From Candidatus Zixiibacteriota bacterium (lineage in GTDB: Bacteria; Zixibacteria; MSB-5A5; GN15; FEB-12), in contig JACZXB010000005.1 in the NCBI GenBank assembly GCA_022571845.1, positions 83,888-147,887 of the forward strand: DNA of 64,000 bases, read 5' to 3'. Below, in pieces: positions 36,030 through 45,900 of this stretch. Both the position numbers and the translations under genes were made by a program. Within the stretch, counting starts at the first letter, position 1. Every line of letters begins with the position of its first letter. The notes under the pieces are model-generated. The model saw nothing but the letters and a program-made list of their open reading frames with translations, ran no database searches and had not been told where the DNA came from.

Positions 36030-37055
36030 CTAAAGCTCAATCAGAACTTTCCCAATATGCTTTTGTGATTCGAGATATTTGTAAGCCTCGACGGTTTTAT
36101 CAAACGGAAAAAGCTTATCTATCCAGGGTTGGAGTTGATTTTTTTCGCAGAATCTGGCCAGTGTGTTTAGTTCTTCGGTCGACTCCATGAATATACCGCG
36201 CAGAGAAATTTGTTTAGTAATAACATCAAAAAGTTTGAATTTACTATAAGTGTCATCGAGAATCCCTATGACCCCAATACGGGCACTGTAGTTACAGGCC
36301 TTAATCGAACGCGCCAACGTTTCACCCCCGGCAATCTCCACTACCACATCAACACCGGCACCAGCTGTGATATCGCGAACTTGCCTGGGCCAGTCTTCAT
36401 TTCGGTAATCTACTATATGCTTGATTCCAAGTCTTTCTTTGACAAGCTTTGCTTTTTGGTCGCTGGAAGTAGTCAGAATAACTTTGGCTCCTGCTAGCTG
36501 GGCAATCTGTGCTCCGAAGATAGAAACGCCGCCGGTGCCATGTACAAGCAGCCATTCACCTGGCTGAACATTACCATGTGTCATGACGGCTGCCCAGGCG
36601 GTCAGGCCGGCGATGGTCAGAGTGGAGCCTTCTTCAAATGACATATGCTCAGGCAATTTGACCAGCGCCGAGGCGGGATAGACTAACTTTTCGATTAAGA
36701 CGCCATCAACACCAAGACCGCCGACAAACTTGCGAATCTTTTCAGAATTCATTTTGCCTGAGAGCCAGGTGTGAAACGAGGAGTTGATTACTTTATTACC
36801 GGGTTTCAAGTTAGTTACTTTTGAGCCGGTCTCAAGAACCGTTCCTGACATATCGGAGCAGGCGATAATCGCTGGGTCGTAGGCGCCGCCGTAAAGGCCT
36901 TTGGCAACCAGCAAGTCGCGGTAGTTGAGCGAGACTGCTCTAACTTCTACTAAAACATCATTATCAGAGAGAGCAGCTGGTTCAGGTTTTTCTACCAGCG
37001 CCAGATTATCAATACCCTGGCCGTCCGTTACGATGCATTGCAGCTTATTGTTCAT
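36030..37055 (-). CDS. NAD(P)H:quinone oxidoreductase / zinc-type alcohol dehydrogenase-like (MDR family)
   Basis: VRAVSLNYRDLLVAKGLYGG and the nucleotide-binding LVHGTGGVSIFGAQIAQLAGAKVI. Confidence 0.75.
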   Translation of the reverse strand: MNNKLQCIVTDGQGIDNLALVEKPEPAALSDNDVLVEVRAVSLNYRDLLVAKGLYGGAYDPAIIACSDMSGTVLETGSKVTNLKPGNKVINSSFHTWLSGKMNSEKIRKFVGGLGVDGVLIEKLVYPASALVKLPEHMSFEEGSTLTIAGLTAWAAVMTHGNVQPGEWLLVHGTGGVSIFGAQIAQLAGAKVILTTSSDQKAKLVKERLGIKHIVDYRNEDWPRQVRDITAGAGVDVVVEIAGGETLARSIKACNYSARIGVIGILDDTYSKFKLFDVITKQISLRGIFMESTEELNTLARFCEKNQLQPWIDKLFPFDKTVEAYKYLESQKHIGKVLIEL

Positions 37056-37060
37056 AGTTT

Positions 37061-38086
37061 TTAGAGATTTCTATTTTCGCTTTGCCCGGAGATTTGTATG
37101 ACCGAGTGGCTTTCCAAGTGCGTCTTACGAAAAAAATTTACTCGGCTTTCGACATCGTTACTGCTCTTGACATCTTCCATCATCACCCGCAGTTCTTTGG
37201 CGCCGTCAAATCCGGTGGCGTAAGCCCGGAGATGCTTAATCATGACGGCAAAATTCCTTTTACTTTCAAATACTCTTTCATAAAGCCGGCTATGTTCTAT
37301 CATAGCGCTGAGTCTCTGCTCGGCAGTTATGCTTTCTCTTGTTTTGCTGCGATCAAATAGCCAGGGGAAGCCATAGATTGCTCTGGCCATCATGACGCCG
37401 TCGATTCCGGTTTGTTCTATCATTTTGTCGGCCTGCTCGAGATCATCCAAATCTCCGTTAGCTAGTAGCAGCGTTTCAGTTTGCCGGGCCAGCTCTACAG
37501 CTTCGTGAACAGTTTCCCAATGAGCCTCGACCTTTGACATCTCTTTTTTTGTGCGCAGGTGCAATGTTATAGCAGCCAGATTTGTTTCCAGAAGATGCTC
37601 GACCCATTCCGCTATGGTAATCGAGTTGTAGCCGATACGGGTTTTGACCGAGACCGGCAGTTCCCCGGCGCCTTCAATAGCAGCAGCTATTATTTCTTTG
37701 CCCAGTTCAGGAGTATTAATCAGCGCCGCCCCTGAACCGGTTTTGGTAACAGTTTTGACGGGGCAGCCCATATTAATATCAATGCCGTCAAATTTTAATT
37801 CCTGTGCGAACAAGGCAGACCTGTAAAAGTTCTCCGGCTTTTCGCCAAAGAGCTGAATGACAATCGGTCGTTCTATCTCGTCGTAAAGAAGATATTTCAT
37901 CAGATTCGGCCGACCGGCAGAGCAGAGACCGTCGCAGGAAACAAATTCGGTAAACATAACATCCGGCTTGCCATATTTGGCAATCATATAACGAAAGGCA
38001 GCATCGGTAACATCGGCCATGGGAGCCATAGCGTAGATCGGCTTTTCAATTTTATTCCAGAATCCTTTTATGACTTTTTTCTTCAT
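37061..38086 (-). CDS. tRNA-dihydrouridine synthase
   Basis: MAPMADVTDAAFR, GIDINMGCP, and a TIM-barrel plus helical C-terminal layout. Confidence 0.85.
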   Translation of the reverse strand: MKKKVIKGFWNKIEKPIYAMAPMADVTDAAFRYMIAKYGKPDVMFTEFVSCDGLCSAGRPNLMKYLLYDEIERPIVIQLFGEKPENFYRSALFAQELKFDGIDINMGCPVKTVTKTGSGAALINTPELGKEIIAAAIEGAGELPVSVKTRIGYNSITIAEWVEHLLETNLAAITLHLRTKKEMSKVEAHWETVHEAVELARQTETLLLANGDLDDLEQADKMIEQTGIDGVMMARAIYGFPWLFDRSKTRESITAEQRLSAMIEHSRLYERVFESKRNFAVMIKHLRAYATGFDGAKELRVMMEDVKSSNDVESRVNFFRKTHLESHSVIQISGQSENRNL

Positions 38087-38138
38087 GGCAGATGAGAATA
38101 TAACAGATTTTTGAGTAGAAAGAAAAAAAGAGAGTGAA

Positions 38139-39005
38139 TTAGAACATCAGCCGGATCGAAAACAACTGTCTGACAGGCTGCGGCTGAGCACCTGACAGAG
38201 GGGGCGTATAGTCGTTAAAGGAATAAAACAGTTCGGCCATCAAGATTCCAGCCGCTGCCCCAACTATAATGTCAGTAGGGAAATGCTTGTAAGCATGTAT
38301 TCTCGTCCAGCCCACAAAAGTTGCCCAGCTGAAAGCTGTGGCAGGAGATAACCAGCTGTATTTATCGTACTCTGCAACGGTCATTTCGTTTCTCATGATT
38401 GCGCGGATTCTCTTGTTTAAAAATGTCATGGCAAAAAAAGCGCTTGAAGCATGACCTGAAAAGAAAGAATTATGGTCATAGGCATGGTCGATATTGGTTC
38501 TCAGACCGGCCAGCTCCGGCTCAAGGCAGGGCAGCGGTCTCGGACGAGCTACAATGCCTTTGGCCAGATCGGTTATTCCTTTAGTGGCAATCAGCCCGGC
38601 GCTATAAAGAAAGAGATTCTGAACTGCCAGTTTCCCTTGTTTATCAGCCTGCGGCCACTTTGAGTCGGCAGCGAACATAATCAGCGCCGCCGACACGGGC
38701 GTTACAGCCGAGCCGAATTCGCTGTCTAAGAAATTCGACTTGTCGGCGCTGCAGTCTCCTCCCAAAAAGCGCTGAAGTTTAAGATCGAACAGAATTGGGC
38801 CGTTTATTAGCGGAGTTTTACTGCTGTCCAGTCTCTTAACGTGATGTCCAAGTACAAAGATACCAATGGTGCTGGCTGTAATAATGCCGGCGTCTTCGGC
38901 TGAAAGAAATCCTTCCGCCTGCGACATAGCAGGCAGACCAAGACAGAAGCATAATATAGTAGCAAGTTTTCTAATGGGCATGCTCGTAAATTGATAGCTT
39001 ATCAT
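38139..39005 (-). CDS. PAP2-family (acid phosphatase / lipid phosphatase) membrane protein
   Basis: Tripartite motif KGIVARPRP ... SGHAS ... RIHAYKHFPTD. Confidence 0.65.
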   Translation of the reverse strand: MISYQFTSMPIRKLATILCFCLGLPAMSQAEGFLSAEDAGIITASTIGIFVLGHHVKRLDSSKTPLINGPILFDLKLQRFLGGDCSADKSNFLDSEFGSAVTPVSAALIMFAADSKWPQADKQGKLAVQNLFLYSAGLIATKGITDLAKGIVARPRPLPCLEPELAGLRTNIDHAYDHNSFFSGHASSAFFAMTFLNKRIRAIMRNEMTVAEYDKYSWLSPATAFSWATFVGWTRIHAYKHFPTDIIVGAAAGILMAELFYSFNDYTPPLSGAQPQPVRQLFSIRLMF

Positions 39006-39041
39006 AGATACTAATACAATTAAATTTTTCTGAATTTGTTC

Positions 39042-40313
39042 CTATAGTTTTCTCAAAAGTGCATCATGGTAGTCAATTTCAAGGGAGTCCAGGGCACGGA
39101 AAAAATGCCCGATTGTCTTAAAGTAATCGTTTGAGCGCTCAGCGACGTCTTCGCGGATAGTGGCGGTAATGTTAGAATAAAAATAATGCCCGGATTGGGT
39201 ATTTACTTCGACTATTTTGGGTGCACCATCGTTTTCAATAAAAAACGCTCCGGCTGTTAAAATGGGTTCTCCGACAAACAGAAAGGCATGGTTGGCACGA
39301 GCCGGTTTCTGGCCGGTCTCAGCTTCGATTCTTTTTACTTCTTCTCTTAAGAGCTCACGGCCGAAGCGGACTTTGCCTGACATACCAACCGCAAAGAAAT
39401 ATTCAGCTGATTTGAGTGTATCAAAAACTTCTTTAGTCAAAGTTCGCATATAGTCCATCTGGCCGCCACGTCTGATAAATTTTCTGAACTCTTCCTGCAA
39501 AAGTGGAAATTCTTTATTTGGATAGGCTATGTCCGGGGCTTCTGATTTTAGTCTTTCCAGACCGGACTTAGTTGGCACAAATGCCAAAATTTCTGACAGC
39601 TTTGAAGTTACAATTTCAGCGTGAGATTTGAGATAATCTTTATAGTTTTGGTAGCCAGCTATAACATAATCCGGTGCCGGAGCATAGAGATCGAAACTTT
39701 CTTCTAAGCCAAAATCGACAGCTTTCGGTTCGGCAGCGTCAAGATTGCCTTTGTCGATTTCATTAAGATAGTTTGAGACGGCTACTGTATATTTGCCCAG
39801 ATTAGAAGAACTATCCAAAATATCTTTGTTGCCTAGATGTTGCTTTGCCCAAATGAGAAAGCGTAACTGTTGCAAAGTTATATATTGTACAATGTTCTCA
39901 TGTCCGTCTTTTGTAATAGATATTAAAGCGCCTCTATAACCTGTCAAATAGTCATTTTTCGAATTTTCTAAATTGTCAGATAGCACCTTGAAATCAGAAT
40001 CAGCGATTGCTGAAATACCGATTACGATATCTTCAAGACTGTTAAGACTCGGACAGATAACTCGGACAGAACTATATAAAGGGAAGAACTTGCTGGTAGC
40101 CGAAAGATTAGCATCTAATGGACCGGTAACAATGAAGCCTTCTTCTTCTGTTTGTGAGCTTCGTATTTCGGCTTGAAGCTCAACATTCTGTAATTCAACA
40201 TATTTTTGAAACAGCTCACCTTCAATCGGGTCTTTGGTGCCAGCCCAAAGCGAGGCGCAGGCTAACAGCCAAAAGAGAAACAACGACGCTAAAGTTTTAT
40301 TTAGTCTAAACAT
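39042..40313 (-). CDS. Secreted hypothetical protein
   Basis: N-terminal signal peptide (LFLFWLLACASLWAG). No recognised domain. Tightly packed with neighbouring envelope genes. Confidence 0.45.
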   Translation of the reverse strand: MFRLNKTLASLFLFWLLACASLWAGTKDPIEGELFQKYVELQNVELQAEIRSSQTEEEGFIVTGPLDANLSATSKFFPLYSSVRVICPSLNSLEDIVIGISAIADSDFKVLSDNLENSKNDYLTGYRGALISITKDGHENIVQYITLQQLRFLIWAKQHLGNKDILDSSSNLGKYTVAVSNYLNEIDKGNLDAAEPKAVDFGLEESFDLYAPAPDYVIAGYQNYKDYLKSHAEIVTSKLSEILAFVPTKSGLERLKSEAPDIAYPNKEFPLLQEEFRKFIRRGGQMDYMRTLTKEVFDTLKSAEYFFAVGMSGKVRFGRELLREEVKRIEAETGQKPARANHAFLFVGEPILTAGAFFIENDGAPKIVEVNTQSGHYFYSNITATIREDVAERSNDYFKTIGHFFRALDSLEIDYHDALLRKL

Positions 40314-40327
40314 ATCGTCCTTGTACT

Positions 40328-42064
40328 TTAGCTGCGGTGTTCAATGCCAACCAATTGGAAGCTTTTCGTATCAGGATGGTACCAGAGCCATAATGCAGTA
40401 TGTTTACTCCAGTAAGAATCACTACGCCTGGTCGAAATCAAAATCTCGTAAAGATGGCTGTCAGAGTTTTCGATCTTTGGAGCCCGATAGCTTTCGGCCA
40501 GCGTTTTGACATCTTCAGCAGAAATGACAAACTGACTGCCGCCGAATTCTGGCGACTCAAGCTGCTTCACATGTTTGTATCTGACCGTATATTTATACTG
40601 TGTCTCTTCTTCAAGTTCAAAGCCATGCCTGACTGCCAGGTCTGCGAAGTTGATGATAATTGCACCGTCGCTGTTAGCAAAATCAAACTCGTCTAACGGG
40701 TTTACTTTACTAAACCAATGACGGCCAATTTTCTGCTGACGCTCCAAAAGTGTTTTGAGTAGATACTTCTCTGCCTGAGGATCAGAATATTTGCCGGCTC
40801 TTATCAGAGCTTTTAAGTCTTCTTCATCAAATGACATTATAATTTTAGCAGCCCAGAAAGCATCGGCGTAGGTCATTTCTTCAAAGGCCGGGTTGGGAAC
40901 TATCGGGTCGAACTTATGCGGCTGAAAAATCTGAGATTCAAAATAACCAATTGAGCGATATTCAACCCCGCCGCCGCTTTCCCATGACCATGTCTTCAGT
41001 CCCAGTGTCAGAGTGGAGACCAGCATATCTCGTAGGTCAACAAAGTTGGCGTAGCCTTTGATAGCCGGCTTGGGACCGTCGCCGTCGGCGCCAAAGGTAG
41101 AGCCAAAATCTATCAAATAATGTTTCAGAAAATGCCTGCCGTCTTCTTCAATATAAGTATCAAGTGTATTCTGGTCTTTGGTGTCATAGTGATTTACAAA
41201 TGATGCAAAAACATATAGTGCGCGAAGTTCCCGCCGGTTCTGATGGTTGCACCAGTCGTTGGGGTCATCGCGACGTTTGCCTGAGTAACTGAATGGACCT
41301 TTGATTTTTCCTTCTATAATTTTTGAGGCCAGCGAGCGGATAGTGCCGTTTTCTTCTCTTTCTACATCGCTTAATATCTTATCAAGATCAGCCCGGGTAA
41401 ATTCTCGTTTAACTCCGTCATCTTTTATGGTAGCTCCCGGCTTAATCTTTAGATTCTCCGAACGCCAGTAGACAATCGTCTCTTCGGGCACGTTGTAACC
41501 ACAGGCATGAAAATATCGCGAAGCCATGGCCGCAGCAGCAGTTGACATCTCAGGATAACCTTTTGGATCAAATTTTATGATATACTGGTCACCTCTGGAA
41601 TCTTTTATCCAGAACCCCGGGGTGGCGCCGCCAACTTTTGGGCGGAATACTTCCCAGGCTGCCGCAGTATCCGGGCCGTCACCAATTACCGGGCCTTGAA
41701 ATATCTCCTCAGGTGAAAGTTCAAATAGCCCATGCCGGTTGGTAAACCAGGTGGAGTTAGGAACTTCGTCAAAACTGTTGATGTTATGCGACTCTTTTCT
41801 GTTGGAGGATAATATCCTCAAACTCCTTTCAACATCAATACTCTGCCTTACCTGATCAAAAGCAGAACGTTTAATCGATGTCCAGGCCAGACCGGGGTCG
41901 CGTCCTTCTGGTTCCGGAATGTCCTTGCGGTCGGCGTCTTTCCAGAATGGCATATCAGGTGTGATAGTTCTTCTGGCAGCGCAGCCGGAAAGTATTGACA
42001 AATGCAAAAGCAAAAGTGCTGTTGCAATTATCAGCTGGCGAAACTTATCTCTCTTTTTCATCAT
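40328..42064 (-). CDS. Lipoprotein with protein-kinase-like catalytic-loop motifs
   Basis: Lipobox LSILSGC. NHYDTKDQNTL resembles the HxDxKxxN catalytic loop, and YLIDFGSTFG resembles the DFG motif. Confidence 0.4.
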   Translation of the reverse strand: MMKKRDKFRQLIIATALLLLHLSILSGCAARRTITPDMPFWKDADRKDIPEPEGRDPGLAWTSIKRSAFDQVRQSIDVERSLRILSSNRKESHNINSFDEVPNSTWFTNRHGLFELSPEEIFQGPVIGDGPDTAAAWEVFRPKVGGATPGFWIKDSRGDQYIIKFDPKGYPEMSTAAAAMASRYFHACGYNVPEETIVYWRSENLKIKPGATIKDDGVKREFTRADLDKILSDVEREENGTIRSLASKIIEGKIKGPFSYSGKRRDDPNDWCNHQNRRELRALYVFASFVNHYDTKDQNTLDTYIEEDGRHFLKHYLIDFGSTFGADGDGPKPAIKGYANFVDLRDMLVSTLTLGLKTWSWESGGGVEYRSIGYFESQIFQPHKFDPIVPNPAFEEMTYADAFWAAKIIMSFDEEDLKALIRAGKYSDPQAEKYLLKTLLERQQKIGRHWFSKVNPLDEFDFANSDGAIIINFADLAVRHGFELEEETQYKYTVRYKHVKQLESPEFGGSQFVISAEDVKTLAESYRAPKIENSDSHLYEILISTRRSDSYWSKHTALWLWYHPDTKSFQLVGIEHRS

Positions 42065-42072
42065 ATTTTCCT

Positions 42073-43377
42073 TTAGAACGAATCGCTGAATTGAATTCTG
42101 AATCTGGTTTCTTCTTCACTTTTGGCCGCATAAAAACTCAAAATCAGGTTGTCAATCTCCCAGACTCTAAGCCCGCCACCGTAAGAATATTTCCAATCGT
42201 GCCATTTGAAATGGTCTGTTAAGCTAATGAAGACCCGGGCTTCATCGAGAAATACAAAGGCATCAATCTTTTTCCAAATGGGGTATCTGTATTCGGCTGA
42301 GATTAGGGCCAGGTCGTTATCCACAAAGCGGAGCCTGGTATAACCTCGTAATGTTTCGGCGCCGCCTAAAGAAGGCAATAAGTAGAACGGCATAACCTGT
42401 GTTTTGTCTCCCAAGTCAGTTGAAAGCGCCATTACACGAACCGCCAGGGCTCGTTTCTTGAAAATGTGGAAATACTGGCGGACATCTACTGTTATCGAAG
42501 TGTACTTAAAATTGTCGTTATCTTCAGTACTGGCATAATAGACGACAGAAATTATTTCTCTGCCGCCTGCGGTGGGCTGTCCTTTGTCATTGCGCCAGTC
42601 GTGGTCGATGGTGCCTCCGAATGATGCCAGTCTGGTATTGCGTGTTTCAGAAAGGCTTAATTTATATATCTGCCTGATTGAATCGATATCACCAACAAGA
42701 TTGGGGTCTTCGCCATCGGAAATATTGTAAGCATCGTAACCGACTCTCAAGTCTATTACAATGTTTGAACGAGCCTGCCATAAGACACTTGAAGAAAGAT
42801 GCGAATGCTCGGGATTATAATTGGTCTCTCTGTCTCTCGAACTCAAATGACCGCTGCCAAAATAGCTCTCCCAGGGTCGTTGAGTATATTGACCAAGCAA
42901 GGTTATGCTTAACTTTTCTCCCATAAACTTGGGGGTTTTGTATCTGATTTTGAAACTCTGGTAATCGTTAACAGATAACGAAAATTTAATCTTAAGCCGT
43001 TCTTCGACTGTAAACACATCCTTAGATGTAAAAGCCAGACCAAACTCTGCTCCCGAATTTCCACCGGCTCCAATGATGGGGTAGAAGCCCCAGACTCTGT
43101 CAATATTACCGGCTAAGGCGGCGATTTGGGCAGCAAGATGTCCGGCGTAAAGATCGTCTATGACGACTTGTGAAAAACCTGTAAAAATGTCAAGCGGTAC
43201 GTTAATTACAAACTGTGGAATAGTCCAGAGCGCCTGTCCGAAGCCTTTCTTTTCCGGGTAGGGCTCTCTTTCTTTGGTTGTATCAGGCGGCTGCGATGCG
43301 AACACGTTCGCGCTGAAAAGTAGCAACAGCGCTAAAACAAGCATCAGTTGTGATAGCAGTTTTATACTTTTTAACAT
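42073..43377 (-). CDS. Omp85/BamA-type outer-membrane beta-barrel (bacterial surface antigen family)
   Basis: Signal peptide, GGAETLRGYTRLRFVDNDLALISAEYRYPIW, and a C-terminal aromatic terminus ...QFSDSF. Confidence 0.55.
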   Translation of the reverse strand: MLKSIKLLSQLMLVLALLLLFSANVFASQPPDTTKEREPYPEKKGFGQALWTIPQFVINVPLDIFTGFSQVVIDDLYAGHLAAQIAALAGNIDRVWGFYPIIGAGGNSGAEFGLAFTSKDVFTVEERLKIKFSLSVNDYQSFKIRYKTPKFMGEKLSITLLGQYTQRPWESYFGSGHLSSRDRETNYNPEHSHLSSSVLWQARSNIVIDLRVGYDAYNISDGEDPNLVGDIDSIRQIYKLSLSETRNTRLASFGGTIDHDWRNDKGQPTAGGREIISVVYYASTEDNDNFKYTSITVDVRQYFHIFKKRALAVRVMALSTDLGDKTQVMPFYLLPSLGGAETLRGYTRLRFVDNDLALISAEYRYPIWKKIDAFVFLDEARVFISLTDHFKWHDWKYSYGGGLRVWEIDNLILSFYAAKSEEETRFRIQFSDSF

Positions 43378-43509
43378 TGGCGGATTTTTCCTTTGTAGTG
43401 GGATTAGAACCTAAGCAATTATAAAGGCGTAGCAGCCTGATGTCAATCCGATTTTGGATCGACTAAAAGTAAGCTTGTACTCTCGAAAAGGGGTGCTTTG
43501 AATATTAAA

Positions 43510-43583
<74 letters not shown>

Positions 43584-43657
43584 ATTTTAGAAACTGAAAA
43601 TTATAGGGCAGACATAGACCGGGTCAAGATAATTCTGTAAATATATGTAAATAGAAG

Positions 43658-44665
43658 CTACTTGCTCATCAGCATCCAGATGAACAGCAGCACGATGATG
43701 CAGAAACCGGCAAAAATCGCGAGAATTACCTTTTTGTCAGGAGTTTTTTTTTCTGCTGGCGACTTATCATCCATTTCAGCTATTTCCTGCCGCTTGGTAT
43801 TTATTTTCTGCAGCCAGAGGTCTTCGATTTTCAACAGTTCCGGGCTTTCTGCAGATACGGTAAATGTCTCGCATTCCTCGATTGGAGATTCCTCGACCTT
43901 TTCGATTTCAATTACCGCTACTGTAACATTGTCCATGCCGCCGCGATCATTGGCCATTTTTATTAGCAGGTCAGGAATTTTCTCAATATTGCCTTCAGCT
44001 CGTTTTATAACATCAAAAATTTCGTCATTATCGGCAAATCCGCAGAGGCCGTCGGAGCAAAGCATAAATTTGTCGCCGGCTTTGACTTTTAGAAGCCGGT
44101 AGTCAACCTCGACATCATGTCTGACTCCAAGCGCCCGTGTAATTACATTTTTGCCAACAGAAACGTCGGCTTCTGACAAATCTATTCTCTGGCTATCCTG
44201 CATTTCCTGCACCCAGGAGTGATCGGTAGTAAGCTGCACCAGTTGCCTATCTTCAATCTTGTAAGCTCTGCTATCGCCGACATGTGCGATAGACATATAG
44301 TCGGCCTCAAGCGACAGAGCCACGACGGTAGTTCCCATTCCTGAGAGAGCGCTGTCAGTCTGTGCCCGGTTGTAAATTTCCCGGTTGGCCAGGCGAATTG
44401 ATTTTACCAGGATTGTTCCGGTGTCAGGGACAGTACGCCCGAATGCCAACGTTTCATCTTCTACGAGTTCTCTTTGAAAATGGCTGAAAGATGTGCTTAT
44501 GATTTCAGCTGCCGTCATTGAGGCAACTTCGCCGGCCGCATGACCACCCATGCCGTCACAAACCGCAAAGACATTATTCTGAGGATCCAGCTGCAGATAA
44601 TCTTCATTGCCGGTACGTACCAAGCCGATGTCTGTTTTACCAACAGCTTTACAAACAAGTGACAT
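43658..44665 (-). CDS. PP2C-family Ser/Thr phosphatase with C-terminal membrane anchor
   Basis: NEDY, DGMGGHAAGEVAS, LCSDGL and GGMDNVTV motifs, with a hydrophobic C-terminal helix. Confidence 0.85.
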   Translation of the reverse strand: MSLVCKAVGKTDIGLVRTGNEDYLQLDPQNNVFAVCDGMGGHAAGEVASMTAAEIISTSFSHFQRELVEDETLAFGRTVPDTGTILVKSIRLANREIYNRAQTDSALSGMGTTVVALSLEADYMSIAHVGDSRAYKIEDRQLVQLTTDHSWVQEMQDSQRIDLSEADVSVGKNVITRALGVRHDVEVDYRLLKVKAGDKFMLCSDGLCGFADNDEIFDVIKRAEGNIEKIPDLLIKMANDRGGMDNVTVAVIEIEKVEESPIEECETFTVSAESPELLKIEDLWLQKINTKRQEIAEMDDKSPAEKKTPDKKVILAIFAGFCIIVLLFIWMLMSK

Positions 44666-44783
44666 TATATTTTAGTCCAGGACGCAATTAAAAATGTTAC
44701 AACCTATCTAGACTTAATTTCAAAAACAAAAAATCTGGCAACCAGATTTTTTTAATATCGGAATCCGGCTTGATTTACACAAC

Positions 44784-44814
44784 AAGAAAAAGCCCCACTT
44801 TTGATGGGGCTTTT
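44784..44814 (-). terminator. Rho-independent terminator downstream of the 44840-45850 gene
   Basis: The minus-strand RNA AAAAGCCCCA-UCAAAAG-UGGGGCUUUUUCUU is a GC-rich stem followed by a U tract. Confidence 0.75.
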
Positions 44815-44839
44815 AAATAATCTATTGTACTATGCCAAA

Positions 44840-45850
44840 TTATTTGACGAGCATCATCTTTTTGGATTCAGAATGAGTCTCAGTCAGCATCCGGTAGAAA
44901 TATATACCACTCGCTAATAATGAGCCATCAAATTGGTAGATATACTCACCCGCTCCCTTGTTACCCAAGTCAATAGACTCAATCTCACGCCCCAAAATGT
45001 CATATATCTGAAGCTGCACATCAGTTCTGAATGGAAGCGAATAAGCGATATTGGTAGTAGGGTTAAACGGATTAGGGTAGTTCTGCTCCAGGACAAACCT
45101 TGAAGGCAAAATACCGTCTATTTCATCATCAATTCCGACTGTAATTGAAGGTTGCAAGTTAAATGAACTGTCGATATGCTGTGATGTATCAAGATAAGAG
45201 AAGACCGAATAAGATATGAAATCGTCAGGGGGATCACCCGGCCAAAGGGGCACAAAAATATCAAAGTATACATAAGCAGTATCACTCGGCTCAGCATAGA
45301 CAAAATTAGCCTGTGGCTCAATTATCCAGCCTTTGGTCGAAACTGCATTTATGCCGTAAAAATCCAATCCGTCACCGTCATTTCTAATCCCAACCCGGAC
45401 TCTGACCCAGAAGTTATAGCCGACAAGGGTATCATTGGGGTAGGAAACCCCTGTAACAGCTATCAGAGTCGAATTAGCTGAAAGGGAGACTTTTTTTACA
45501 GCTTTTTCAATCCAGGTGGCATCTCCGGAGTCAACCGTGGCCGCCCGGCCATTAATAGTAAAGCTGATAAGTTCACCAGGGTCGGCCCCTTCATCTAAAC
45601 CCGGAGTCTCAGGGTCATCGCCGTATGTCGACAAAAACCCATATTTGCCGGCAGCAAGGACTGTATCTTTGCCGATGGAAACTCCGTTTGAGTCAAACGC
45701 TTCAATTATGGAGCCAACCGAAACAGGTTGACCATCAAAGGTGGTAGAAGAGTCAAAAAATGTGCAAAACTCCGGCTGTGACTGGGCAGGCGAAGCGGCA
45801 ATTATCGTGATTACCGCTGCCAAAACCGCTATTTTGAGTCTATTTGTCAT
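44840..45850 (-). CDS. Secreted protein with T9SS-type C-terminal sorting domain
   Basis: Signal peptide, and C-terminal LEQNYPNPFNPTTNIAYSLP...GIYFYRM...KKMMLVK typical of Por/T9SS type A CTDs. Confidence 0.7.
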   Translation of the reverse strand: MTNRLKIAVLAAVITIIAASPAQSQPEFCTFFDSSTTFDGQPVSVGSIIEAFDSNGVSIGKDTVLAAGKYGFLSTYGDDPETPGLDEGADPGELISFTINGRAATVDSGDATWIEKAVKKVSLSANSTLIAVTGVSYPNDTLVGYNFWVRVRVGIRNDGDGLDFYGINAVSTKGWIIEPQANFVYAEPSDTAYVYFDIFVPLWPGDPPDDFISYSVFSYLDTSQHIDSSFNLQPSITVGIDDEIDGILPSRFVLEQNYPNPFNPTTNIAYSLPFRTDVQLQIYDILGREIESIDLGNKGAGEYIYQFDGSLLASGIYFYRMLTETHSESKKMMLVK

Positions 45851-45900
45851 AATTACTTACTTGTGCTGCAAAATTCGAGCCGTTTTTGCTTCTATTTCTC

